Part shown: piece by piece, positions 1 to 5,805 of the stretch | Numbering within the stretch: position 1 is the first letter of the stretch | Layout: each line of letters starts with the position of its first letter | Virus record (IMG/VR): IMGVR_UViG_3300029904_000133 | Coordinates: 1 to 5,999 of that record | Length of the DNA: 5,999 nt | DNA from: a virus | Reading direction: 5' to 3' (one strand) | Translations under genes and position numbers: made by a program | The notes under the pieces: model-generated | Told to the model about the DNA's origin: nothing | Database searches by the model: none | Seen by the model: only the letters and a program-made list of their open reading frames with translations

Positions 1-99
1 TTTTTCGTGATGTACCACATGCAGAGCAAGTTGCAGACGATCGGATAGCCAATATTTGAGATTGCCGTGACGATACTATCCATTCATTTCCCTCCTTTC
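1..99. repeat. Terminal direct repeat, copy 1 (identical to 5901..5999). It marks a circular molecule of 5900 nt.
   Basis: Base-by-base comparison shows 1..99 equals 5901..5999. Position 100 continues into unique sequence. On the minus strand, 1..83 duplicates the first 27 codons plus 2 nt of the gene at 5798..5983, and 84..99 duplicates its RBS. Confidence 0.95.
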
Positions 100-103
100 T
101 TTG

Positions 104-137
104 ATTATATTGTAACGCAAAATTTGTAGAAAAAACA
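104..137 (-). promoter_or_regulatory. Putative sigma70/sigA-type promoter for the leftward operon that starts with the 61-aa gene
   Basis: The minus strand reads ...GACTGTTTTTTCTACAAATTTTGCGTTACAATATAATCAAAGAAAGGAGGGAAATGAATG. There is a perfect TATAAT (109..104) and an overlapping TACAAT (114..109). The -35 candidates are weak (TTTCTA 132..127). The upstream region is A/T-rich, and the RBS and ATG of the first gene follow directly. Confidence 0.35.
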
Positions 138-211
138 GTCTTGTCTTTTTCTCCCGGATGTGTGAAAATTGTTCTTTCGGTGATTGTGTTGATTGTCAGC
201 GTCCTGAAAGG

Positions 212-258
212 CCCGGCGAGCGGCGGTGTACCTAACAGGGCGGCGGGCCGTCGCCGGG
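212..258. other. GC-rich long-loop inverted repeat in the large intergenic region
   Basis: CCCGGCGA (212..219) is complementary to TCGCCGGG (251..258). An alternative pairing is GGCCCG (210..215) with CGGGCC (244..249). This part of the intergenic spacer is strongly GC-rich. Confidence 0.4.
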
Positions 259-290
259 AGCGTCCGGTCTGAGTAGCTTTTATTTTTTAC

Positions 291-338
291 AAATAAGTAA
301 AACACCCCTCCTCTTGCCCCGCAGGGGCAAGGGAGGGG
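291..338 (-). terminator. Rho-independent terminator candidate downstream of the Rep gene
   Basis: The hairpin spans 305..338. It has 8 bp plus 7 bp of mostly G:C pairs with one bulged T (312) and a 3-nt loop (321..323). On the minus strand it is followed directly by TGTTTTACTTATTTGT (304..). It lies about 90 nt after the Rep stop codon at 426. Confidence 0.6.
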
Positions 339-342
339 GTTT

Positions 343-363
343 GGGGGAGGGTGTCCCGCCCCC
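343..363. other. Second GC-rich hairpin, in tandem with the terminator hairpin
   Basis: GGGGGAGGG (343..351), loop TGT, then CCCGCCCCC (355..363). This gives 8 of 9 pairs with one A/G mismatch. Confidence 0.5.
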
Positions 364-425
364 ATCCAGGTCTACCGATTTGAGTTATGTTTATCTTGTC
401 GTTAAATTTCTCTAGCCGCGACTTG

Positions 426-1484
426 CTATAATTCGTACTGTCTTTTAGTAACTTTAAATTGTTGATGCTTTACAAACTCATCATAATACATCTCTTCCTT
501 TTCTTCTAACTCATTTATTCTTTCTTTCTGTTTTCTTATATTTTCATTTTTTAAATTCTTAACCCATTGAGAGTATCCATTTTTATCTAGCCAGTTTATG
601 TAATATTTTGGTAAACTCACTCCTTTTGTTCCCGGTAGCTGAAGTGTTGGCTTTTGTAGAATTTCTGTTAAGTGCTCTTGCAAATATCTCTTTCCTATAC
701 CTGGAGTTGAAGAAATGAATTCTTCCTGATATCCTAGGACTTGTTTTCTCTCCTTATCTTTGTCTCCTTTGTAAGACTTTTTTAGCGTGTACCTTGCCGT
801 GTATGCCATACAAGCCGTACTTGCATTTGACAATTTTATTAACCCTTTGCCCCAGATCTGGTCAAGTGCTGTTGATCCATACAGGTTATATCCTGTATGG
901 GTTCTTCCTGCCTCATACAGTGTTTGGTGAATTTCTGGATCATCTGTTAATAATATCATGTGGTAGTGAGGTCTGCCGTTTTTCTCTCCGTATTCTCCTG
1001 ATAACATATATTCAATATTTTGAAATCCTCTTTTTCTCGCTCTATCTCTTAAAACTTCTTTAAATTCCTTTATTTCTTTTCTATTTAATACTGGAACCTT
1101 TTCAATGGTTCCATCTTCTCCGCAGAAGTCCATGAAAGTTAAGTATTCATCCTCATATGTTATCGTAATAAAATAGCTGTATGTAAAATATCTTGCGTCT
1201 GCCCATGCCTGTTTTGCTCTATCGTAAGCTTTTCTTAATCTACAATAATGGCATTTGCCGCAAGGCACTGCGATTCCCTCTATTAGTTTATATCTTTTTC
1301 TTAAATTATTAATATCTTCTTCGCTTTCTCTATTTGTTACGTTTAACCATTGTCCGCCGTTGAAGTAAACATATTTTGTATTAAACCCTCTGTATAAAAT
1401 TTTATCTCCTATACTTCCGTCTTTCTTTTTCATCTTGCCTATTTTAAAAATTCTTTTGGGCATCAAACATTCTTGTATCGCCAT
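426..1484 (-). CDS. VP4: Rolling-circle replication initiator protein (Microviridae VP4 / phiX174 protein A-like HUH endonuclease), 352 aa
   Basis: Motif I is YFITITYEDE. The HUH motif is GRPHYHMILL, with HYH encoded at 960..968. The two-tyrosine active site is MAYTARYTLKK (Tyr codons at 801..803 and 789..791), comparable to phiX174 A protein YVAKYVNKK. There is a Cys-rich element, PCGKCHYCRLRK. The RBS is AAGGGAG, 5 nt before the ATG at 1484. Confidence 0.93.
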   Translation of the reverse strand: MAIQECLMPKRIFKIGKMKKKDGSIGDKILYRGFNTKYVYFNGGQWLNVTNRESEEDINNLRKRYKLIEGIAVPCGKCHYCRLRKAYDRAKQAWADARYFTYSYFITITYEDEYLTFMDFCGEDGTIEKVPVLNRKEIKEFKEVLRDRARKRGFQNIEYMLSGEYGEKNGRPHYHMILLTDDPEIHQTLYEAGRTHTGYNLYGSTALDQIWGKGLIKLSNASTACMAYTARYTLKKSYKGDKDKERKQVLGYQEEFISSTPGIGKRYLQEHLTEILQKPTLQLPGTKGVSLPKYYINWLDKNGYSQWVKNLKNENIRKQKERINELEEKEEMYYDEFVKHQQFKVTKRQYEL

Positions 1485-1512
1485 AAAAACTCCCTTTTTG
1501 TAGACCGGGGGT

Positions 1513-1533
1513 CAAGGGGGCGGAGCCCCCTTG
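1513..1533. promoter_or_regulatory. Perfect 9-bp GC-rich hairpin immediately upstream of the Rep RBS
   Basis: CAAGGGGGC (1513..1521), loop GGA, then GCCCCCTTG (1525..1533). On the coding strand it is preceded by an AT-rich run (TTTTTATTAATTA) and followed by ACCCCCGGTCTACAAAAAGGGAG and the ATG of Rep. Confidence 0.7.
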
Positions 1534-1542
1534 TAATTAATA
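1526..1542. repeat. Iteron-like direct repeat, copy A (cccccttgtaattaata)
   Basis: It shares the 9-mer CCCCCTTGT plus an adjacent TAATA-type AT run with copy B at 1597..1612. On the coding strand the two read TATTAATTACAAGGGGG and TATTATAACAAGGGGG. Confidence 0.6.
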
Positions 1543-1584
1543 AAAATCTTCGAACGTCTGTTCGATTTCTAGACCTTCTGGTAA

Positions 1585-1621
1585 CGAAAACGCTACCCCC
1601 CTTGTTATAATAGCGTTTTCG
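1585..1621. promoter_or_regulatory. Perfect 11-bp stem-loop just downstream of the VP2 stop. It may be a weak terminator or attenuator ahead of Rep.
   Basis: CGAAAACGCTA (1585..1595) pairs with TAGCGTTTTCG (1611..1621) around a 15-nt loop. On the minus strand the 3' arm ends in UUUUCG followed by UUACC. The loop carries the ACAAGGGGG repeat unit. Confidence 0.6.
1597..1612. repeat. Iteron-like direct repeat, copy B (cccccttgttataata)
   Basis: See copy A. The two copies start 71 nt apart. This copy lies in the loop of the 1585..1621 hairpin, while copy A forms one arm of the 1513..1533 hairpin. Confidence 0.6.
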
Positions 1622-1632
1622 TGGGAATTATG

Positions 1633-2268
1633 CTACCAGAGGCCATCCATGAAGCCCTCTATCCCGTCTACTATGTAGTTTAGACCGTTGTTGATTAATC
1701 CGTTGATTCCGGCATTAGCATATAATGCACCTAGCGCGTTTACGCCTTTCGTTTCCAGGTTATTTTTCCATGTTCCCTGAGATATCTTGTATTGATTATC
1801 AGCTGAATATTTCTGTGCGGCGTAGCTTCTATCCGCACCGTATCTGCTTGCCGCCGCCGCCGCATTAGCCGCCGCTATTGTTGCATTAGCCGCGATCTGA
1901 GCCGCTTGCAGTTGAGCTTGCATCTGCTTTTCAGCGATTTCTTTTTGACTTCTGATTTGCTCTATCGTGTTAGTATACGATGTCATGGCGTTTATGATAT
2001 CTGTTGCTTGCTTTGGAGAATCTGCTGTTGCGGAATTACCAGCAGGTGTGCTCGCCCCCTCTGCGTTGACCGCAAAAATTGGATTCAGTCCTGCTTTTTC
2101 GGCATCTGTCATCTTCCGTTGAAGTGCGGTATTCGAGAGACGCTCTTGAAAGTCTCTATTCTTCTGCGCTTCTGCGGCGTTGAAGGCATTTGTCTTTTCA
2201 GTTTGCGCGGCGTTAAAAGCGTTCTGCTTATCCGCCTGGTTTGTAAGCCATGTAGCGTAGTCTGTCAT
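1633..2268 (-). CDS. VP2: DNA pilot / minor capsid protein (Microviridae VP2-like), 211 aa
   Basis: It contains FQERLSNTALQRKMTDAEKAGLNPIFA, matching my recollection of the conserved VP2 pilot-protein core (SNTAYQR...AGLNP). The middle section is Ala/Gln-rich and coiled-coil-like. I moved the start from 2289 to the ATG at 2268, because AAGGAGGG lies 6 nt upstream of 2268 and would sit inside the longer ORF. Confidence 0.85.
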   Translation of the reverse strand: MTDYATWLTNQADKQNAFNAAQTEKTNAFNAAEAQKNRDFQERLSNTALQRKMTDAEKAGLNPIFAVNAEGASTPAGNSATADSPKQATDIINAMTSYTNTIEQIRSQKEIAEKQMQAQLQAAQIAANATIAAANAAAAASRYGADRSYAAQKYSADNQYKISQGTWKNNLETKGVNALGALYANAGINGLINNGLNYIVDGIEGFMDGLW

Positions 2269-2305
2269 GTCTATCCCTCCTTTGTGCAATTTGTATATTT
2301 TAATG

Positions 2306-2340
2306 CCCTCAGCTGACGCCGATCGGACGCTAGCTGAGGG
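2306..2340. promoter_or_regulatory. Intergenic stem-loop between VP1 and VP2
   Basis: CCCTCAGCT (2306..2314) pairs perfectly with AGCTGAGGG (2332..2340). The interior contains the palindrome CCGATCGG. No clear U-tract follows on the coding strand (CAUUAAAAUAUAC), so at most it is a weak terminator or an mRNA-stabilising element. Confidence 0.55.
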
Positions 2341-2370
2341 TTATCATTGCTCGAGATTTGTGCAATATCA

Positions 2371-4188
2371 CTATACTCTTTCGAGTCCTGGAATGCTGTG
2401 AACTGGCATCATTCTCGTATGGTTATTTCCGAAAAAGAAATTTCCGAAAATCTGCGGCACTTTTGCGGTCGGTTCGATTGCAAGTGATCTGCTGACATTT
2501 GTTGGATCTTCTTTCAGCCATTCTGCTGACATAGTCGGTTCCTCAGTGTAGTTGTCTGACCACGTCCATGGTGAAAGCCCTCCTTGAATGTTCGGTCTGA
2601 TCGCTCCTGTGATTTGATTCGGTACATATTTGTATTCTGCCCCATACTCCTGATATCCCCAGATTGGATAGTTCTCTCCGTATGCATCTCGGAGCGGCAC
2701 AACTGTTGTTTCATCAGCATACAGCTCATATTTGTACACCGGCACGTCTCCGATATTTGCGTATTGCGGCATATAGAAATCGTCGAGAACTTTCCGCGTC
2801 CACTGACGCCGGATGCCCTGCGAATAGCTGTGATTGTATCTTGCTACGCCTACTGCCATCAGCCATCCATGCTCGAGAAAACTCTTTGTGAACGCGTGTG
2901 GTTTATCGATATTAGTGAGCGATCGTCCCGCAATGTTTCCCTGCGGTGTTGTCCCCTCTGCTGACCCTGATGTCTGCACGACTTCCGCAATTCTGATTGT
3001 AGTGTGCTGGATTCCGAGAAGTTCAGATCTTCCCGTTTCGATGTCCGGCCCGTCTACTCCAAAAAATCCTAAAAGGAAGTTCTGATATCGGTTCCCGCAC
3101 CTTGCGCTAACTTCTGCGATCTGCTGCTTTGCGATTGACTTTCTTAAGTTTGCAATCGTAAAACTGTTAATGAATCCCGGGTTCGCTTTTTTCGTTTCTC
3201 CTGAGAGATCAACGACAAGGTTTGATGGAACTAGTGCTTTAGTCCCCGCCATGTTTTCTGTAGTGCTGGTTATCCATGGACCCTCTGCTATTTTACCGTT
3301 TAACGGATCAGGTGAAATATCTCTGACTCCGAATGCCGCTCTGTATGCCTGTCCGATTGTTCCGACACTTTCACCATCTTTGTCCTGCCATTCGACTGGA
3401 TAATCTGCTGGCAGTGCATTTTTTCCTGCATTTGTTGTGTTGACATTGAGCACAAGTCCGCGCAGCCCATCAAGAAGATTGATGTCATCTGCTCTTTGCG
3501 GCTGAGGTAATACGCTTGTGAAATAGTCATGCTTTTTGTTCGCTTTGAGCGGTCTTCCTCCCTTGACCGGATCTTCAGCGTCGTAGTTGACGTCTCCGTT
3601 CCCGAAATCTACAAGAATTTCGTTGTCATAATTAACGTCCCTGAACCAGTCATTGTAGACTTTTCCGTACATACGGAACGGCAGTGCGTTGATCGCGATC
3701 TGCTGAGATCCGAGTTCCTGTTCTGTGCTTAATGGTAATCCGAAGTAATCCCAGATCGTATTAAGTCCGTCATCTCTTTTTGCGAATCCCCGCATCCTGA
3801 GTTCCGGCAGTCTGACCGGTGTTTTATCGAGCCATGCGCTTGCTGTTTCTCCGCAGAATGCTTTCCATCCGTCCCACAGAAGTCGGTTCGGACAGTAGAA
3901 CCAGTAGATATCGAACTCAAGGCTATCGTATGGTACTACTGCTAATGTCTGCATTCTCAACGCGAAATTACAGTTCATGTCTACCGTGTCGTTCGGAAGG
4001 ATTTCCTCGATATAGATTGGGACGATGTCTCCGACTTGAAACCCTGTCGCCAGTGTGCTATTTCTCGCGAACCTGGATCTCTTCATCAGACTTGGGTCCG
4101 TGCCGCGAGTCTCACTGAAATTATAGTTACTATTCCTGATCTCCTGACTCTGCGCTCTGCTCCGGCTTTCTGATTTCTTTGCGCTCAT
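2371..4188 (-). CDS. VP1: Major capsid protein (Microviridae VP1 / F-like), 605 aa
   Basis: It is the largest ORF. The N-terminal signature is NFSE...KRSRFARNSTLATGFQVGDIVPIYIEEILPNDTV, matching the conserved microvirus MCP pattern (RS.F...T.F..G.L.PI...EVLPGDT). The RBS AAGGAG lies 8 nt before the ATG at 4188. The gene overlaps the upstream gene by 59 nt. Confidence 0.92.
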   Translation of the reverse strand: MSAKKSESRSRAQSQEIRNSNYNFSETRGTDPSLMKRSRFARNSTLATGFQVGDIVPIYIEEILPNDTVDMNCNFALRMQTLAVVPYDSLEFDIYWFYCPNRLLWDGWKAFCGETASAWLDKTPVRLPELRMRGFAKRDDGLNTIWDYFGLPLSTEQELGSQQIAINALPFRMYGKVYNDWFRDVNYDNEILVDFGNGDVNYDAEDPVKGGRPLKANKKHDYFTSVLPQPQRADDINLLDGLRGLVLNVNTTNAGKNALPADYPVEWQDKDGESVGTIGQAYRAAFGVRDISPDPLNGKIAEGPWITSTTENMAGTKALVPSNLVVDLSGETKKANPGFINSFTIANLRKSIAKQQIAEVSARCGNRYQNFLLGFFGVDGPDIETGRSELLGIQHTTIRIAEVVQTSGSAEGTTPQGNIAGRSLTNIDKPHAFTKSFLEHGWLMAVGVARYNHSYSQGIRRQWTRKVLDDFYMPQYANIGDVPVYKYELYADETTVVPLRDAYGENYPIWGYQEYGAEYKYVPNQITGAIRPNIQGGLSPWTWSDNYTEEPTMSAEWLKEDPTNVSRSLAIEPTAKVPQIFGNFFFGNNHTRMMPVHSIPGLERV

Positions 4189-4558
4189 GCTCCATTCTCC
4201 TTTCTCTTATATATCTCTCGATCTGTGACGTCCTCATTCTTGTAAGCCTTTCGACTTGATCCCCGATGAATTCTGGTACCTCATGAAGCTCCTGCGGAAG
4301 CTGCGTAGTGTCGATCGTGTCCTCCCCGTTCCATGGATTGATTTCCCCGAGTCGTACTCTTTGCATCATTGCGACCGGGTTCGCCTGTTCTGCGTAACTG
4401 TCTGTCAGCTCCTGAATGTCGTATGTTTCCGATACTTCGAGGCTTGCCTCTCCGGTTATTTTGTCTCTTTTGACTTTGTAAACCGGCTGCATTCGCTTTC
4501 CCGGTTCTGATGCTTCTGTTCTCAGTGGTCTTGTGATCTGCCATGGCATTAACTGCAT
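4130..4558 (-). CDS. Probable internal scaffolding protein (VP3-like), 142 aa
   Basis: The call rests on its position directly upstream of and overlapping the capsid gene, its size, and an acidic, helix-rich sequence with a charged C-terminus. I moved the start from 4594 (no RBS) to the ATG at 4558, which is preceded by AAAGGAGAG with a 7-nt spacer. The functional call is based on position and size, not on a diagnostic motif. Confidence 0.5.
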   Translation of the reverse strand: MQLMPWQITRPLRTEASEPGKRMQPVYKVKRDKITGEASLEVSETYDIQELTDSYAEQANPVAMMQRVRLGEINPWNGEDTIDTTQLPQELHEVPEFIGDQVERLTRMRTSQIERYIRERRMEHERKEIRKPEQSAESGDQE

Positions 4559-4583
4559 ATCGTCTCTCCTTTCTATAGTTTGA

Positions 4584-4606
4584 TTCCCGGACATTGCATC
4601 CGGGAA
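4584..4606. promoter_or_regulatory. Perfect 8-bp hairpin between the accessory block and the structural genes
   Basis: TTCCCGGA (4584..4591), loop CATTGCA, then TCCGGGAA (4599..4606). It sits between the stop codon at 4610..4612 and the RBS of the 4558 gene. Confidence 0.6.
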
Positions 4607-4609
4607 GAA

Positions 4610-4852
4610 TTACATGATTTCTATGAGGTCCGTATCTGTCATTACGTCAAGCGGATTGTACCCATCCACTGTTGCCAGTCTGTATAGGTTGACTTCATCT
4701 GCTGTGATCCCCGCCTGTTCCATCTGCTTCTTGACGTTCAGTACTGCCGTCTGATCGTTTGTGTAGCTCATAATTGTGATAACCTTCATTGCTGTCCTGT
4801 CGTACAGCGCATAGATGTTGATAGGGTCGTATTTCTTTCTCTGTTCGTTCAT
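4610..4852 (-). CDS. Small non-structural protein, possibly VP5-like, 80 aa
   Basis: The start was moved from 4900 to 4852. The ATG at 4852..4850 overlaps the TGA at 4851..4849 of the upstream gene (ATGA coupling), and GGAGG lies 10 nt upstream. The segments IYALYDRTA...NDQTA...ADEVNLYRLATVDGYN resemble my recollection of gokushovirus VP5/ORF5 (vFsvyD.k...A.R.F...pEDy.LyeiG.yD). The family assignment is tentative. Confidence 0.6.
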   Translation of the reverse strand: MNEQRKKYDPINIYALYDRTAMKVITIMSYTNDQTAVLNVKKQMEQAGITADEVNLYRLATVDGYNPLDVMTDTDLIEIM

Positions 4853-5145
4853 AATATTGTTACCTCCGTTACCTTGTTTCTTTTGAGTTTTTTGAAACAT
4901 TTGTTGAATGCTTCCGACGCCTGCAGCCAGATATACCTCTCGGCTACATTAGTTGATAATTCATAATATCGTGCGGCTTCGTCCCAGTTGTAAGCTACAT
5001 GATCGCGTTTGAGTCCGCTCTGGTCGATAAGTCTTACATTTGTAATGTCTGTCCAGTCATAGCCTTTAACAGCTTCTGCGAGGTCTGACACCTGTCTGCT
5101 GACTTCTGTTCCGTCCCATAATGTTAATACCCACCTTACTGCCAT
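4849..5145 (-). CDS. Hypothetical protein, 98 aa
   Basis: An intact ORF on the coding strand. It overlaps the upstream gene by 10 nt and is ATGA-coupled to the downstream gene. There is a weak RBS (AGAAAGG) 8 nt upstream. I recognise no motif. Confidence 0.6.
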   Translation of the reverse strand: MAVRWVLTLWDGTEVSRQVSDLAEAVKGYDWTDITNVRLIDQSGLKRDHVAYNWDEAARYYELSTNVAERYIWLQASEAFNKCFKKLKRNKVTEVTIL

Positions 5146-5480
5146 GATCGCCGCCTTTCTTCCGTCCAGATCACGACGGATGTGACTTCTTCTCCGATCT
5201 TAGCCGCTTCATAGGCTGCTCGGATTTGTCCTGCACAGTATCCCGCGTATGCTTGATTATGGCGTCTTGCCAGATTTCCCTCTCTTGCCGATTTTTCATA
5301 CCAGGCTTTCAGCTCCGTGCTATCGATCGGAAACGTTCTCTGCACTTCGATCTGGTTAATCTCTGCGGCGGTACATCCTGCTTCTTTCAGAATCTTGAGC
5401 GGAGTCAGCAGCTTCTCCCTGTCCGCCTTGTGAATTTTTATGGTTGGCAGGTTTGACCGCCATAGCAGATAGCGTGTCAT
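5136..5480 (-). CDS. Hypothetical protein, 114 aa
   Basis: GGAGGG lies 9 nt upstream of the ATG at 5480. That ATG overlaps the TGA of the 38-aa ORF (ATGA). The segment LKILKEAGCTAAEINQIE loosely resembles a helix-turn-helix, but this is not diagnostic. Confidence 0.65.
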   Translation of the reverse strand: MTRYLLWRSNLPTIKIHKADREKLLTPLKILKEAGCTAAEINQIEVQRTFPIDSTELKAWYEKSAREGNLARRHNQAYAGYCAGQIRAAYEAAKIGEEVTSVVIWTEERRRSWQ

Positions 5481-5593
5481 AATCTTGTCCCTCCTCTGCT
5501 CACCAGGGACGCTCCGTTTGCTTTGCGCTGACGGTTCGCCGTCTTTTTAAAGATTGCCTTGTCGCGCCTTTTGTTGGTTTTCTTTCCTTTCAT
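5477..5593 (-). CDS. Small, highly basic DNA-binding/packaging protein candidate (phiX174 J / gokushovirus VP8-like), 38 aa. It is not in the supplied ORF track.
   Basis: My hand translation of the minus strand is MKGKKTNKRRDKAIFKKTANRQRKANGASLVSRGGTRL*. It has 14 Lys/Arg and 1 acidic residue. The segment DKAIFKKTANRQRKAN resembles the (R/K)LF.KTA...K.N pattern I recall from small basic microvirus proteins. The start lies 2 nt after the upstream stop, with AGGAGGAAAAG upstream. The stop overlaps the next ATG (ATGA). Confidence 0.6.
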   Translation of the reverse strand: MKGKKTNKRRDKAIFKKTANRQRKANGASLVSRGGTRL

Positions 5594-5595
5594 GA

Positions 5596-5805
5596 TTACA
5601 CTTTTCCTCCTGTGATCTTGATTTCATAGTACTCAAGCGGGTAATAGTGACCAAATCCGTCCGTGGTTCTTACTCTCAGATACGGCAGGTTTCCATCGAT
5701 ATTGTCGGTGTTTTCAAATGCCGCCTCTTCGTAGTCTCCCGGGAGATAAATAACTTCCTCGTCTCTTCTTCTTAACTCGATTGTCATTCCCTTTAATTCA
5801 ACCAT
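5596..5805 (-). CDS. Hypothetical acidic protein, 69 aa
   Basis: The start was moved from 5853 (no RBS, 56-nt overlap with the upstream gene) to the ATG at 5805, which has AAAGGA 9 nt upstream and an 8-nt overlap with the upstream stop. I recognise no motif. The Met six codons further downstream cannot be excluded as the start. Confidence 0.55.
   Translation of the reverse strand: MVELKGMTIELRRRDEEVIYLPGDYEEAAFENTDNIDGNLPYLRVRTTDGFGHYYPLEYYEIKITGGKV

Noticed and set aside
1-99. The 99-nt terminal repeats as biological direct terminal repeats or LTR-like ends of a linear element
   Set aside because: The repeat cuts through the middle of a gene and its RBS, and it has an exact assembler-like length. 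The gene content is that of a circular ssDNA microvirus. An assembly overlap on a circle is the simpler explanation.
205-270. Possible tRNA or other small RNA gene in the GC-rich segment
   Set aside because: I could not draw a cloverleaf. There is no acceptor stem with a T-arm GTTC-type motif and no anticodon arm geometry. The pairing is limited to one 8-bp stem with a long loop.
105-365. 86-aa minus-strand ORF (MGAGHPPPNPLPCPCGARGG...) in the large intergenic region
   Set aside because: No RBS precedes the ATG at 365. The product is low-complexity and Pro/Gly/Arg-rich because it reads straight through the GC-rich hairpins, the terminator and the putative promoter. It is best explained as a chance ORF in structured non-coding DNA.
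794-1063. 89-aa plus-strand ORF antisense to Rep
   Set aside because: It lies entirely inside the Rep gene on the opposite strand. It is rich in Leu, Phe and Ile, as expected for the antisense of an AT-rich gene, and has no RBS. Microviruses transcribe one strand only.
1906-2316. 136-aa plus-strand ORF antisense to VP2
   Set aside because: It is a shadow ORF of the VP2 coding region. It is Cys/Leu-rich, has no RBS and has the wrong orientation for a unidirectional ssDNA phage genome.
4084-4086. Internal Met (MKRSRF...) as the true capsid start
   Set aside because: There is no purine-rich RBS within 20 nt upstream. The ATG at 4188 has AAGGAG at 8 nt, and the extra 34 residues contain an NFSE element resembling conserved MCP N-termini. 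It is kept only as an alternative.
2514-4118. Multiple 63-126-aa ORFs nested in the capsid gene on both strands (2514..2729 -, 2584..2964 +, 2664..2891 +, 2834..3085 +, 3170..3403 +, 3300..3530 -, 3529..3732 +, 3729..3920 -, 3819..4118 +)
   Set aside because: All lie fully within the well-supported 605-aa VP1 ORF, in alternative frames or antisense. None has a convincing RBS or a recognisable motif. ORFs of this length are expected by chance in a 1.8-kb gene.
4256-4544. ORFs 4256..4510 (+, 84 aa) and 4281..4544 (-, 87 aa) overlapping the scaffold candidate
   Set aside because: One is antisense and the other is in an alternative frame, both nested within 4130..4558. Neither has an RBS. The Arg/Gly/Ser-rich composition is typical of off-frame translation.
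5226-5456. 76-aa plus-strand ORF antisense to the 114-aa gene
   Set aside because: It is an antisense shadow ORF with no RBS, in an orientation inconsistent with the rest of the genome.
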